From NCBI RefSeq assembly GCF_006345805.1, contig NC_043001.1:76198001-76262000 (forward strand): DNA of 64,000 bases, in the 5' to 3' direction. Below the pieces are notes generated by a model. That model searched no databases, was not told the origin of the DNA, and was given only the letters and a program-made list of their open reading frames with translations. Made by a program: the position numbers and the translations under genes. Of this stretch, positions 1 to 14,864 are shown in pieces. Every line of letters starts with the position of its first letter. Position 1 is the stretch's first letter. Source of the stretch: Octopus sinensis. Lineage: Eukaryota.

Positions 1-223
1 ACTGAGAAATCTAAATAAGGGCAAAACATGTTCAAAGTTCTCTCCCGTTAAATTCATCGATTGATATATTTTTTACCACCTAATATTTTGTGTTCTGAAA
101 AAAAAATACTGGCAGGAGGTGCAGTCGTCTTTCATCCTATCTCAGTCTTGGTCAATTACTGGTTCTCTAGAAATCTAAAGGGTGTCTTTGTGTACAGTTC
201 CCATCTTTGTGATGAGGCCGCTG

Positions 224-226
<3 letters not shown>

Positions 227-315
<89 letters not shown>
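227..315. repeat. (CA)n microsatellite
   Basis: Pure CA run; source of the poly-HT ORFs. Confidence 0.98.
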
Positions 316-874
316 CCAGTCAAGAAATGTAGTTCAGATTGTTAGCACTGCTCTACATGTGTTCTATAACCAACAGTATATGTACCATGTCACTACCAAC
401 ACTGTACACCACATGTATCTGCGTCACCAACCTATGTATCTGTATCCCAACATTACATCTGTCCGTTCATGACACCACATGTGTATATATACCAACACTA
501 CATGTGTCAGTGCAACAAACTGCATGTTTCCACGCCACCGATACTAGATGTCCCGTGCACCAACACTGTATGTGCCCCTGTCATCAACATTGTAAGTGTC
601 CACGGCACACAACTTCACATCACAAGCTCTATGAGTATCACGTGTGATTATAGTCCAGTGTTTGAAACACCTGTATTGTTCTGGAATTGGTCATTAATTT
701 TTAGCGAATCAAACACCAGAACAGTTTAGTTACAAAGCGACTTCCTGATCCACATAGTCACCCCTGAGTCCATAAGTCCCATGTCTTTAAAGTGTCTAAT
801 GTAATGTAGTCCTGCACTTCTTTTAACATTATTAATATCGTTGGAGTATTGAATGTCTCTCTTGTCAACTTTAG

Positions 875-997
875 ACATCGATGAATGCAAACAGAGCCAA
901 CGTCTCTGTGACCAGCTCTGTATCAATACCCAGGGGAGTTATGTGTGCTCATGCAAACCTGGATATTACCTCAGCCCTGATGGACGAACTTGCACAG
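875..997 (+). CDS. SCUBE: SCUBE exon, calcium-binding EGF (EGF3)
   Basis: ttag|ACATC...ACAG|gtgag, 123 nt, phase 1-1; [41 protein letters not shown]. Confidence 0.95.
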
Positions 998-2743
998 GTG
1001 AGTTATATTACTATAATGTATTTTTAAAATCTAACCAGTATAAATCAGTGAAATCATGAACATTGTCGATGAATTAGCAAATAGACCTCTGTGAAACATC
1101 TGTAATATATCTTATTCGAAATAAGCTACAAACACAATATATCTTTTGTCGTATCTCGATTTCATTATACCACTAGCTCTTTCTACTCACTACAATAGGC
1201 ACAAGGCCTGAAATTTTTAAGAGAATGAGCTAGTCGATTACATCAACCCCTGTGTTCCGCTGATGCTTATTTCATTGATCTCGAAAGGATTAACGGCAAA
1301 GTCAGCTTCGACGAAATTTGAACTCAGGGCGTACAGCAGGGAGAAGTGCCGCCAAGCATCTTGTCCGTGTTGTAACGATTCTGCTAGGTCACTGTCTTCA
1401 TTATGCAAAAATAAACACTTGCACTAGTTCTGTTTCACTATTTTCATTATCATTAGTCAATTGCTTAACCATTTAACCAATTAACTAATCGACTGTTTTA
1501 TTAATCGTTCAGTTAAGCTCTCCAGTTGGTAAAGTATGAGTGGCTAAGGGACGATAGTCGTAATTAGAATCTCGGCCTCCTCAAAAAAAGGAATTTCCAA
1601 ACAGACTTGTATTTGTAGGTACGTATGCGTGCATGTACATATAAGTGCGTGGAGTTATAACTATATATATATATATTCTTTTGCACGTTTCAGCCCTAAG
1701 GCTGTGCCCATGCTGGAGTACCGCCAGTATATATATATATATACGCACACACACACACACATGCATATATATAGAATGAGTACAAAGAATAAGTCCTGTG
1801 GTCGATTTGCTCGACTAAAGGTGGTGCTCCAGCATGGCCGCAATCAAATGACTGAACCAAGAAAAAAGAATAAAAGAATAAAAGAATAAATATAATGTTA
1901 TATTATATATACACTCATAGTTATATATACATGTGTGTGCATGAGCGTATGAGTGTATGTATGTGTTGTAGCGTGAAGGTAGGTAGTTGACTGTGTATGT
2001 GTATGTGTGTAAGAGAGAGAGAGAGAAGGAAAGAGAGAGAGAGAGCAAGAAGAAAGAGAAAATTGATGTCAACGATTCTAAACTCTTCAGTTTATATCGT
2101 ATATTTCAACGTCACAATTTGCTTCTGTCTTTCAGCCGACTCTAAATGTCACCGAGCCTTCGGTTGTGCTCAGATCTGCAGACCAATGACACAAGGGCAT
2201 CATTGTGCCTGTCTGAAGGGGTACCGCTTGCATCCTAATCGGAGGGATTGCATTCGTAAGTAGGTAGTCTATGTCTACAGCTTTATTTTCTTTTGAAAGC
2301 AGTTCATACTTTAGCATTTCGTGGCATTCACAGTGATACGGAGACTGCCAAACCAGGATGTTTTTTCTCTCTTCAGTAATTACTATCCATGTTTCTAACA
2401 CTGCCAGACCAAAAGAAGGAGGGAAAAAATTCTACATGGTCGCTCGATCTGCGAGAAATAATAGCTAACTCCGTCTCAGCCACACTTTATCGTCTTAAAA
2501 AAATGAAGGATGCATTGGACAATACAGTCTGCAGTACTTTATGCTAGAAATAAAGTTGGCATATTTACAGCTGGAATGCTTTCGATCACAGGGTCTGTTT
2601 GGTCAGGCCTGACCTGGGGTTAAACACAACAGCAAAAACAAGAACAAGGAAGTGTTGGAAAAGACACCACCCTATATAAAATAGTAACACACACGCACAC
2701 ACACACATACACACACGCACGCACATACACAGACACACACACA

Positions 2744-2776
<33 letters not shown>

Positions 2777-3032
2777 GAAACGAAAAATAGTTACACGAGA
2801 TTTGGCTCTGAAAGTACACTTTTCTGCATAAAAATAACGAATAAAGACAGGAAGAGCCAACACATGGCAAACAGAAATCATTAACAAAGTTAACTCGCTT
2901 ATTACTATTAGATACTTGTTAATATTAACTTCACAAATCATTGCAAACATACAAGTATGCCAATGCACACACCACACATACACAGGCATAAATATACACA
3001 TACATATATAGATGAATATGTGGTATTTTGTG

Positions 3033-3097
<65 letters not shown>

Positions 3098-3582
3098 GAG
3101 TGATATGCATCACAACCATGTGTGCGCGATATGGTGATCTCATATCAAGATAAACAGCGCATGACCTTACAGGTGGAGCCCAGTTAGAATTTTCTTCAGG
3201 TCGAGTAACCCATCCCGCACAAAAGGTCCCTGAATAAGTATTGTTTAAGGATGTTGAACGAACCACTCATGTTTCCCAAGGTGAATTATCCAAACCTCTG
3301 AGAATTCCTTTCAACACATGGCTATGCTGCTCCCCCACTACGTCTGCTCATGATCAGAGATGCACATATCGTCAGCCACAAAGGGACATAGTCAACTGGT
3401 TAAGGTCAAACAACTGACAAGCAGATCTGTGGTACTGAGCAGAATATTTGCTGAAGCAGCATCTTTTATACCAAGACAGAACAATGTACATGATAGCGCT
3501 TCCAATCAGTTAAGATCAGAAGCGACGAGAGCATCAGGGCATTATTATTATTATTGTTGTGTTGTTGTTGTTGTCGTCGTCA

Positions 3583-3634
<52 letters not shown>

Positions 3635-5254
3635 GGCGGGGTTCCAACTCGGGCCTCAGCAACGAAGTCCACCTGCCACACTTCTCGGTACAACATCATT
3701 GCATCGAGGTCCTGGATATAATCCAGGCCAGCGTCTACTATCAAGTTGTCAATGTAAGTGTGACGACGTTTTCCTCTTCTTCCATCACCATAAAATAGGT
3801 TTCACAAAGCTAATTCGGATTCTTCCAGTTCAGGGTGGCGCACGCAGTGACAAGACAGTCGCAGCTTATCTGGTCACTGGTTGTGTCTTAAGACTTCAGT
3901 ATAAACAAGAAGGAAAACGGTAAAAGAATTCATACTAACTGTAGAGTTTCAAAATATTTTTATTGAAGCTTGAAATTCAAATTTCGTATCTCTGGGTTTT
4001 ATGTCTCCGATCTTGGATCAAAATCTAAGAAATGATTTAGAATAATAAGAAAATTCAGATAACGAAAACAAACACAAATCATTTGATTCGATACATGGGC
4101 AAAAATGTGTGTGTGTGTGTATGTGTGTGTATATGTGTGTGATATGAAGTTCAACAAGTAGCACAGTTAAGAGAGTAAATAAATTAATATAATAAAAACC
4201 ACAAAAAGTCATGTGAAATACAGCTACCCGGGGTTTCTGGCAGAAATATCAATTTATTTTGCTACATATCAAGCTGGTAAAAATAACAAGACCATTGCTC
4301 TCTGTCTTTTTCTGAAGACGCGTGCTCATTCAAAACTCAATTACATCGAGCGCAGTTTCTAAACCGCCTTGTTTTTACCAGCTTGAAAAGTAACATAGAT
4401 GATAAAATAAATTATTATTTCGGCCAGGAAACCCTGGGAAGATGTATTTCACAAGACATTTTGTAATTTTTAACATAATGTGTATGTGTGTATTTATATA
4501 TGTATCTACATATAAATGTACACACGCAAAATGTGTGTGTGTTAAATGGAGAAACGGTGGCGAGTGACAATTCTGTAAATAATAATTATAAACTTAAAAC
4601 TAGTAAGCATTCACCGCGTATTGACTAAAGAAAATAGTCTAATATTGGGGCATACATGCCCTTGACAGAAAAAACCACCCACTTTTTCCGGTCGAGAGCT
4701 TATATGCCCCAGTATTAACCTACTTTCTTTAACCAATACACGGTGATCGCTTATAAGCTTTACGCATTTTATTATTGTTATCATCATTATTATTATTATT
4801 ATTAATTATTATTATTATTATTATTTATTATATGTTTGGCGTTTTGCAAAGATGACTCCAAGACTCACCCAGGGACCACAAGAGACAATAAGTTAGAAGT
4901 TCAAGTTGGTGTTATGACTAGGGTGCCATATTTTTGGTTTTGCAAAGAGTATTGTTCTAGAGAATGCCTGTCAAAACATAAGAAAATTAGAAATTCGTTT
5001 CAAAAGTAATTTGATTATAAGACGATAGTGTGATCTTAAGATGATAGTAAAAGGCGTTTGCTATTATGTACATTTAAAAGTACTTTTGACGATATTTACA
5101 GATTAAAATGTTTTGGGGATTGCATAGACAATATTTTTCGTAGGATATGAGCAGTTCCCATGAGCACTATCTTTTTTTTAAATTTCTTTCATTAGAGAAG
5201 TTCGTATGAACACTATTTTTTAAATTTCTTCCATTGAGCAGTTCCCATGATCAC

Positions 5255-5297
<43 letters not shown>

Positions 5298-5321
5298 CAT
5301 CATCATCATCGTTATATATAC

Positions 5322-5370
<49 letters not shown>

Positions 5371-6850
5371 TGTACATTCGTGTATATAAATATATGCGAA
5401 CGTCGAATTGTGTCGAACGAATGACAGACATGTGCTCAATACATGTTATCGATTTTAAGGTTTATTGAAATGATGTTTATCACGTGACTTGAGTTCAATA
5501 AACTATGATCTTCAGTCGAGAACGGTAACAACTCAGATTGTTGATATATTCGTATTAGTTTGTGTAGATGTCTGTTACGTGTCTGATCCTGTTCTACCTT
5601 TTTGCATTTTCTGATTAGATTTTTTTTTTGCTTTGTCATTAGTTAATTTGCTGATGAGGGAGCGTGATTTTAATTTCTTTTGTTGTTTTGCTTTCATTGC
5701 CTTATTTTTATTGGAGTCCATGTTTACCGGAGTTATCTGCTAATATAATTAACGCTGTTTATATGTTTTTTCGTCAAGTTTAATTTGATATGCATCGTAT
5801 GATGTTTGTAAATATTTCTTTATCGTCTTTTTAATGAAACTTTTGTTTTGGGATAAACTTTAGACATTTTTAATGATACTTTGTGTGAGAGTGATCCTTG
5901 TAAATTTAACTGTAAAATTCATTAAGGGCGTATCTATTTATGGAGATGTTTAGAAGTCTCTGATATTCTACGTAGTATTTCATGATTGAGTATCTTTTAC
6001 AAATGTTTTTGGAGATTTGTTTTGATCAAGAATGAAGAAGTTTTTATATGAAGTAGAAAGTCTGGTGTGATTTATTGAAATTCTCTATCAAACGAATAAA
6101 AGATTGATTGCTTAATTCACTGGAGAGCATTGTAAATATTTTGGTGGATTAGTATGCGTGTGTGTATGTATGAGTAAGACGTTTATTTTTATTTGCTCTA
6201 TTAATAGATACTGTCCAGTGTATATGTATGTTTGCATGTGTGCTTTGGCAAAGGTCTGTTTTGAATTTATTTATATGTATAGGTATGCTGCTAGCATACA
6301 TTTAATTTAGGTCGGCTGTTTGTCGTTCGATTCTTGTGGGTACAATTTTTGTTGCATTTGTATGTTTTGGACAAAGTTCTTTTATTTTCATTAGTTTTTG
6401 TATATGTATGAGTGTGGTATATGTATAGTTAATTTAGGTTGAATGTTTACAGTTCGATTCTTGAGGTGGAGGGCTGTCTAGTTGTGTTTGGAGTTCGTGC
6501 CTCGTGCCATCTTTGAAGATGAATTTATTTTGATGTTTGCATGGTGACATTATCTCTTATATCTTCTTTAGTGCGTGTTTTATATTTTTATGTGGTAGAT
6601 AAAGGAAGATTCCTGAGCCATTTATAGATAATGGTGTGCAGTCTGTTATATCTGGATGATGGTGCGCAGTCTATTTTGTATTCTCAGTAAAGTTTTCCTT
6701 TAACTTTTAGATTAGTTGCGCTCAGGTTTTGTGATGTCACTCTGATCTTATGCTGAATGTAATTGTTCTTTTGGCGACGAAGTATTTTTCCTGATTGCAA
6801 TTGTCGCAGAAGTTTGAACAGTGATGTACTTGCCACGTAAGAAAGAGAGT

Positions 6851-6892
<42 letters not shown>

Positions 6893-7749
6893 AGATAAAG
6901 AGCAAGAGAGAGAGAAGAAAAGAGAGAAAGACGATTGATAGAATTGTTAGACCGTCGATAAAATTGCATTGATGCTTTTGCTGTGGCTCTCTACACTCTA
7001 ACTTTAGTGTAAGCTCTTTTTCAAGTATTCGGCCGGATCTCTAATTTAAGGCCACCTCTCTCCCGCTTAATACACATACACACATGCATACATACACACT
7101 CGCACACAAACACAAACACACACACACACACATATGTATATATATATATATACAGAGAGAGATGGCATATATATACATATATATATATTTCGTTTTTAGA
7201 TTTGGTTTGCAAGATTCTTTATGTGAGTTCCTGTGTTGAAGCATATTCTATTGTATCTGGGAAGAATCATTTTCTTTTTGTGCTTTATAATTTAACACTC
7301 ACCGGTAAAATTTCCACTTATTTCTTATTTTCATTTTCCTAAAATTTTCGTTGCGTCTTGCAACCTTTTCGAAAAGGTTGCTAGACGCAAATAAAATTCT
7401 AGGAAAAAAAAAAAGAAATAAGTGGAAATTTTACCGGTGAGTTTGTTAAATTATAAGGCACAAAAGGAAAATGACTCTACCCAGACACAATAGTATATAT
7501 ATATATAAAGAGAGAGAGAGAGAGAGCATATATACCATTCTGTGTAACATACTTAACGTGAATATACGGTAGAAAGCCTCAAATCAGTAGTATTCGTCTA
7601 AAAACTATAGATGTATATATAACATATACGTACGTATAACAGATGCTGTCGGGATACGAATATCACAGTTTTGTAATTTTCTACAGTATATCCAAGTTAA
7701 GTAAGAATAGAATACTATTTTGAACTAATACTACTTCTATCGCAAATAC

Positions 7750-7788
<39 letters not shown>

Positions 7789-9119
7789 ACACATACTCAA
7801 ATATCTTGCTTATTTTAGGCGCAGGCGTAGCTGTGTGGTGAGAAGTTTGCTTCCCGACCACATGGTTCCGGGTTCAGTCCCACTGCGTGGAAGCTTGGGC
7901 AAGTGTCTTCTATTATTGTATCGAGTCGACCAAAGCCACATGAGTGGATTTGCCAGACGGAAACTAAAAGAAGCCCGTCGCATGTTTGTGTGTGTGTGTC
8001 TTTGTGTCTATGTTTGTCCTCCACCACTGCTAGTGTATTTTAATCGCAGTAACTTAGCGGTTCAGTGAAAGACACGGATAGAATAACCAGGCTTTAAAAA
8101 AGAGCAAATACTGGGGTCAATTCGTTCGACTAAATAATTCTTCAAAATGGTACCACAGCATGGCCGTAGAATAATGACTGAAACAACTAAAAGATTAAAG
8201 ATTTATACACACGTAAGTATATGCAAACTAATATACAGAGTACAGTAAACATTCTCAGATTCCCCACCATAGTTAATAAGCATATAATCTTTAAATGCAC
8301 GGTGTGTACTAATCCATCAACCCAATCCATGATGGTAACTGAACAAAAATGATAAAATACTAGCTACATGAAGACACCATTTTCACTTTCGTAACTTTAC
8401 TAGTATCACATGAATCGTCGTATAAAACATGTGGAGGTTTTCTATCGCACCTTGTACATATATACCTTTGCATTCTTACGTTTTAAAAAATATATTCGCA
8501 GATATAAATTTCGTAATTGGATTATGTTAAACAAATTCCGTTAAAACGTCTACGGAAAATTCAACAGAATATGCAAGTGAACAAATTTTGAAAACAGTAA
8601 ACATTCTTTTCAATGTGTCCACGAGTTTTTTTTTTATTATTTATTCTTTGCCATTGGTGAATAAACTTCTTAACGAAAACCAAAAACAGATTTCATCAAA
8701 AAAATTATTCTTCTAGTCTATTAAATAAACGTTTACATTATCTGTTACTTGATGAATTTACCTTGCAAGAAGACTATACATAACACTGGCTTATGTTTAT
8801 TTAAATGTCGTCTGCTATTCATATTATTTTGCATCTGGAAAAAAAATGGCGGCGAAAAAATTCACTAAATTTACTTCCGGTCTCTTAATGAACTTGATGC
8901 TTCTGTTGGTGGATCTACAAAACTGTCTACTTTACTTTTTCTTTTTCTCCGAATCCAAAGCAAAAACAAAGAAAAAGAGGGATTTTGATTGTTAGCCAAT
9001 TTCCATATTTCCATAATAAACACGCGTTTACGTATGTTGTGCTATGTGGATATGTACATACACACACATAAACACACATTCATACTTACGCAAATACATA
9101 CAAACACACTCACACACTC

Positions 9120-9153
<34 letters not shown>

Positions 9154-9321
9154 TGTGTGTGTGTGTGTGTGAGTGTGTGTGTGTGTGCAGGAAAATTCTT
9201 TAAACAAAGATCAAGGGGACCAAAAATCCAAACAAAATGCGAATTAAGTGTAACTGTAGAGTTATATTTTGCAGGTTCCTTTGCTAAGACAATAAATCTG
9301 TAAAATATAGCTACATATAGC

Positions 9322-9356
<35 letters not shown>

Positions 9357-9422
9357 TATATATATAGATATATATATATATATATATTATATATATACAT
9401 ATATGCATATATACATAAACAT

Positions 9423-9461
<39 letters not shown>

Positions 9462-9501
9462 CGTATATATAATATATATATATATATATAATATATATAC
9501 G

Positions 9502-9536
<35 letters not shown>

Positions 9537-9593
9537 GATATATATATATATAATATATATATATACGTATATATGTATATATATATATATATA

Positions 9594-9632
<39 letters not shown>

Positions 9633-10523
9633 ACAATTGAGGGTAAAATTAATTAATTAATCAATTTCACCAAGTGTTCAGTATGTAAAAGGACCATTTA
9701 AGGCGAATTCAAAATATTACATTATATAATTAGGGCTTAGTAAAATAAATTACTTTGCCACATACTGAACTTAGTAGAAATAGCAGCCAAAAAAAATTTT
9801 CGTAGCATTTCTACTACTTAAAAGAAAATTTCTCTCAGATAATGTTTACTCCAGACAGCCCACGAAGGTTTGGAGGTAAATACAGAAAAATATCACAAGT
9901 ACATAGATCGTTTGAGTACGTCAACGTTTCAAGATTAGCCAAATAAAATCAGCATTTCTTTCGTCAGCTCAAAATTTCATAATTTGGATTTGGAAACACT
10001 AAAAAGAAGGAACTTTACCTATCAGCGAACTTGTCGCTTCAGATGAATCACTCCAACTAACAGTATCAACAAATTCAAAATGCGCAGGCGTAAATCTCTG
10101 CAATCCCCTTCCACCACGTGGTCTATCTAGCAAACATTATATTTTAACCGCGAGAACCGAGGCAGTATGACCTTGAATTTGTTGATACTGTTAGTTGGAG
10201 TGATTCATCTGAACGACAAGTTCGCTGATAGGTAAAGTTCCTTCTTTTTAGTGTTTCCAAATCCAAATTATGAAATTTTGAGCTGACGAAAGAAATGCTG
10301 ATTTTATTTGGCTAATCTGAAACGTTGACGTACTCAACGATCTATGTACTTGTGATATTTTTCTGTATTTACCTCCAAACCTTCGTGGGCTGTCTGGAGT
10401 AAACATTATCTGAGAGAAATTTTTTTTTAAGTAGTAGAATGCTAAGAAAATTTTTTTGGCTGCTATTTCTACTAAGTTCAGTATGTGGCAAAGTAATTTA
10501 TTTTACTAAGCCCTAATTATATA

Positions 10524-10566
<43 letters not shown>

Positions 10567-11461
10567 TATATATACGCATATATATATATGCATATATATA
10601 TATATGTGTGTGTGGTAAGTAGCTTGCTTACCAACCACATGGTTCCGGATTCAGTCACACTGCGTGGCACCTTGGGCAAGTGTCTTCTACTATAGCCTCG
10701 GGCCGACCAAAGCCTTGTCAGTGGATTTAGTAGACGGAAAGTGAAAGAAGCCCGTCGTATATATGTATATATATATATATGTGTGTGTGTATGTTTGCGT
10801 GTCTGTGTTTGTCCCCCTAGCATTGCTTGACAACCGATGCTGGTGTGTTTACGTCCCCGTCACTTAGCGGTTCGGCAAAGAGACCGATAGAATAAGTACT
10901 GGGCTTACAAAGAATAAGTCTCTGGGTCGATTTGCTCGACTAAAGGCGGTGCTTCAGCATGGCCGCAGTCAAATGATTGAAACAAGTAAAAGAGAGTATA
11001 TATATAAGTACTTTGCAATAGATATCCTCCAAATAGAGCTTAGAGAAATCTCAATTTTAAACTTAAGTTCTACATCGGTCTTAAGGTAGTGCGGAGACAG
11101 TCGGCTCTAAGTTCGATTGCCATACAGTGGTTATTAAAGTCGGAAAGCGGTTCTTCTGATGAGCTAATGAGGATATTATGAGTTTATTGTACGGAGTTAT
11201 CAACATTCGTGCTCGTAGACATCTTTTTTCTTTTTTTGCTTTTATATTTTGCTATTATATTTTGCTATAATATCGATTCAATATACGACTTCCTTACCTA
11301 ATATACATGGTTATATCAACAAGTCATCGATTATCTGAAGCACCTATAAACAAGACTTGATTTAGTATGCCATTTGTATATGCAACGTTTCATCTATATA
11401 CGTTCCTTACCCCTATTACTGCTTGTCTATGTGTCTACTTAGACAGACAGACAGACAGATT

Positions 11462-11519
<58 letters not shown>

Positions 11520-11522
11520 CAA

Positions 11523-11611
<89 letters not shown>

Positions 11612-11615
11612 CACG

Positions 11616-11661
<46 letters not shown>

Positions 11662-12927
11662 GAGCGCACGCATGTGTGTATGTTAAAGTTTGATTTTATG
11701 TAAAGTAACATATTAAAACAATTTAACATTAAATAAAAGGTCACTCAACAGTTTTTAGTAGTACATATTCCTTTCTACTCAAGGCCTGAAATTTGGGGGG
11801 AGGGGGCCAGTCGATTAGATCGACTCCAATACGCAATTGATACTTAGTTTATCGATCCCGAAAGGATGAAAGGCCTCGGTGGAATTTGAACTCAGAACGT
11901 AGCGGCAGACGATATACCGCTAAGCATTTCGCCCAGCGTGCTAACGTTTCTGCCAGCTCGCCGCCTTAGTAGCATATATTAACTCTTACTAGGACAACTT
12001 GACAGTGACTTCTAAGTTTCGGTTTCTCTCTTGATGTCTCTCACTAGTTTTCTAAGACAGTCATTATTTGTCGTTGATAGATATAAAGTGGTTGCTTCGT
12101 TCCCTTATTTATTTCTGGGTGGTTAATTTACCACTCAACATGAGATTCACAACTCCAGTGTATTGTGTGTCTAAACGACTAATAGTCTTTTGGTTAATAG
12201 CAGTTGGCAGGGTAAACAATTACTGAAACAGCTACATGTTTCATGAGGTAGCTTTTAAGGATCATTTCTTAAGCATGTGTCGCAGCAACGATATCCGACT
12301 CTGTTGAGCTGATCAACAATATCACGATGATGTGAGACTGTATTGAGTCCTGAGCATGAAACAGGTTTTTCTCTACTATTCACTCCTCTCTTTTTACGAA
12401 AACCACTGAGGATCGTTCTTGAGAGGTTTAATTACTTCTTACCGAAGAACTCAGTACTTTCTGAGTTAGAAGGAAAAAGTGAAGGTGCATTGCTCAGTGG
12501 TTAGAGCGTTGTGTTCTTGAGCAAGACAGAATTCGCTCACCAGTAGAAATGAGTTGCGACGTCACTGGTGCCAAACTGTATCAGCTTTTGCCTTTCCCTT
12601 GAATAACATCGGTAGCGTGAAGAGGAGAGGCTTAAATGCACGGGCGACTGTTGGTCTGCCATAAACAACCTTGTCCGGACTTCTGCCTCGAATGGGAACT
12701 TTCTAAGTGCAATCCCAAGGTTATTCATGACCGAGGGGCTGGTCTTTACCCGTATGGTAAATATTCTATATTTTATTGATATCGTATATTTGATGTACAT
12801 TCTTCTCACTTGCTTAATTCACACAGACATAAATGATAGCACCGACTACCTATTGTGTCACGGTACACTTTCAGTGATTAAATACCTCGCTCAGATGAAC
12901 TAAAATTGTACTGCTTTCATCTATCTG

Positions 12928-12990
<63 letters not shown>

Positions 12991-13409
12991 CTTTGCCTCT
13001 GTGTGTGTGTGTGCGCACGCGTGTATGTGTGTGTGTCGTAGGCATGGCTCTGTGACGAGGGAGTTTGCTTCCTGGCCACTTGGTTTTAGGTTCAGCCTAC
13101 TGCGTGGCAGATACGGTGTCCTTACTATAGCAGTGGACTGGCCTATCTCCAATGAGTGAATATGATATACGGAAATTGTACAAAAGTTGTTAAATGTATG
13201 CAGGTATGAGTATGTCCATATATGTGTGCGTGTGTACACATTTCTCTGTGTGAACGTTTATACTCTCCTCCTTAAAAAATATACGCTGAACTACGATGTT
13301 ATTTCCTGACTTGCTGATACTTCCTCTTAACAAATCGTTTTATATATGTATGTATATATGCATCACGATGTGTTACCGCTACTGTTTATAACTCGCTCTG
13401 AGATTTATC

Positions 13410-13453
<44 letters not shown>

Positions 13454-14176
13454 ATATTATATTATATCATATTATATGAACAAAGTAAAACAAAACAGGA
13501 AAGATTGTTTATGTAATATTTATTTGCACCATCTCTCACGCATTTCATTAGCAGTTATGTAAGGATACATTTTAAAATCAGACTACATCGTCAAATCTTC
13601 AGAGATTGGGTAAGACTCGTTTAATAATCTTTAGTAATCATACCGAGTAGACGAGAGCTTTATCTCATAAAGTACTATAACAACTATTTTAAATTAGGTC
13701 AAGAGTAATATGTTTTCGTATGCTCTTTTGGCTTTATTTTCTAGTTCCAATGAATAAGGAAAGAATCAATTTTCAAGGCTCTTTCATTGGAATTTAAGCA
13801 ACACAAATTGGATAGTCATATGTTTATGTATAAATGTAAGTATATAGGTATAAGGTTATTGCTATGATTATTGAAGACTGGGAGAAGGTGACAGAAAATC
13901 GATCGACTTGGAAAGAAATGATCTGCAATGGTTGTAAATACGGTGCATCGGCTGCTTCATCTTGAGACGAACTCTTCTAAAACAGGATTTTACTTCAATC
14001 CTAGAAACTTTTCTACTTGAAAAGATCTCTAACGTCTACAATAGGGTCTGTTTGATCAAAACCGGATATATTTGTCATATAATATATCATGACTAATTGA
14101 AGAGATGGCTAGCTTCTGTAAAGAAGTGGCAATCACTATGTATACAAGCACGTAAATATGTATATATATATGTTTG

Positions 14177-14210
<34 letters not shown>

Positions 14211-14764
14211 TGTATGTATGTATGTATGTATGTATGTATGTATGTGAGGGCGTACATATGTTTGCATATATCTATGTTTGTATGTGTGATATATTATGTG
14301 AAGAAGAAACGACGCAAATAATCTTTAATCAGTTACAGAATATGTTCTGTTGACCCGTTGACCTGATCACTGGTGCATGGTACCCTATGCTAGTTATTAT
14401 GACCAGGTGTAAAAAAAACACACTAAAATTGCTTCAAATTTTGCCACAATTTTGGGGGAGGGTTAAGTCGATTACACTGACCCCTGTGCATAATAAGTAC
14501 TTATTTTATCGGTCCCGTAAGATTAACAAGCAAATTGGACCTCGTCAGCATTTGAACCCGTATTTTTCTTAAAACCGGAAACAATTTCGCTGAGCATTTT
14601 GTCCGAAGCGCTAACGATCCTGCCAGCTCGCCGCCTTAACACTTACTATAATACATTCTGAAACTATTTACAAATTCATTTTCAGCCATATCACTATATC
14701 GTTGTGTGCGTGCGCATGTGTGTGTGTGTCTCTGTGTGTCTGTGTGTGTGTGTGTGTGTCTGTC

Positions 14765-14802
<38 letters not shown>

Positions 14803-14830
14803 TATGTCTGTGCACATATATAGAAACATA

Positions 14831-14864
<34 letters not shown>

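Larger units (their letters stand above)
9721..10525. mobile_element. Fold-back element with ~355-bp near-identical inverted arms (Penelope-like inverted terminal repeat)
   Basis: Arms 9721-10078 and 10173-10525 are near-perfect reverse complements with a 94-nt spacer; each arm carries a hammerhead motif; flanked by (TA)n. Confidence 0.85.

Noticed and set aside
3360-3923. 187-aa plus-strand ORF
   Set aside because: Read-through of a repeat, an (ATT)n tract and the antisense strand of an RTE fragment.
11150-11200. CTGATGAG motif
   Set aside because: No downstream GAAA or closing stems.
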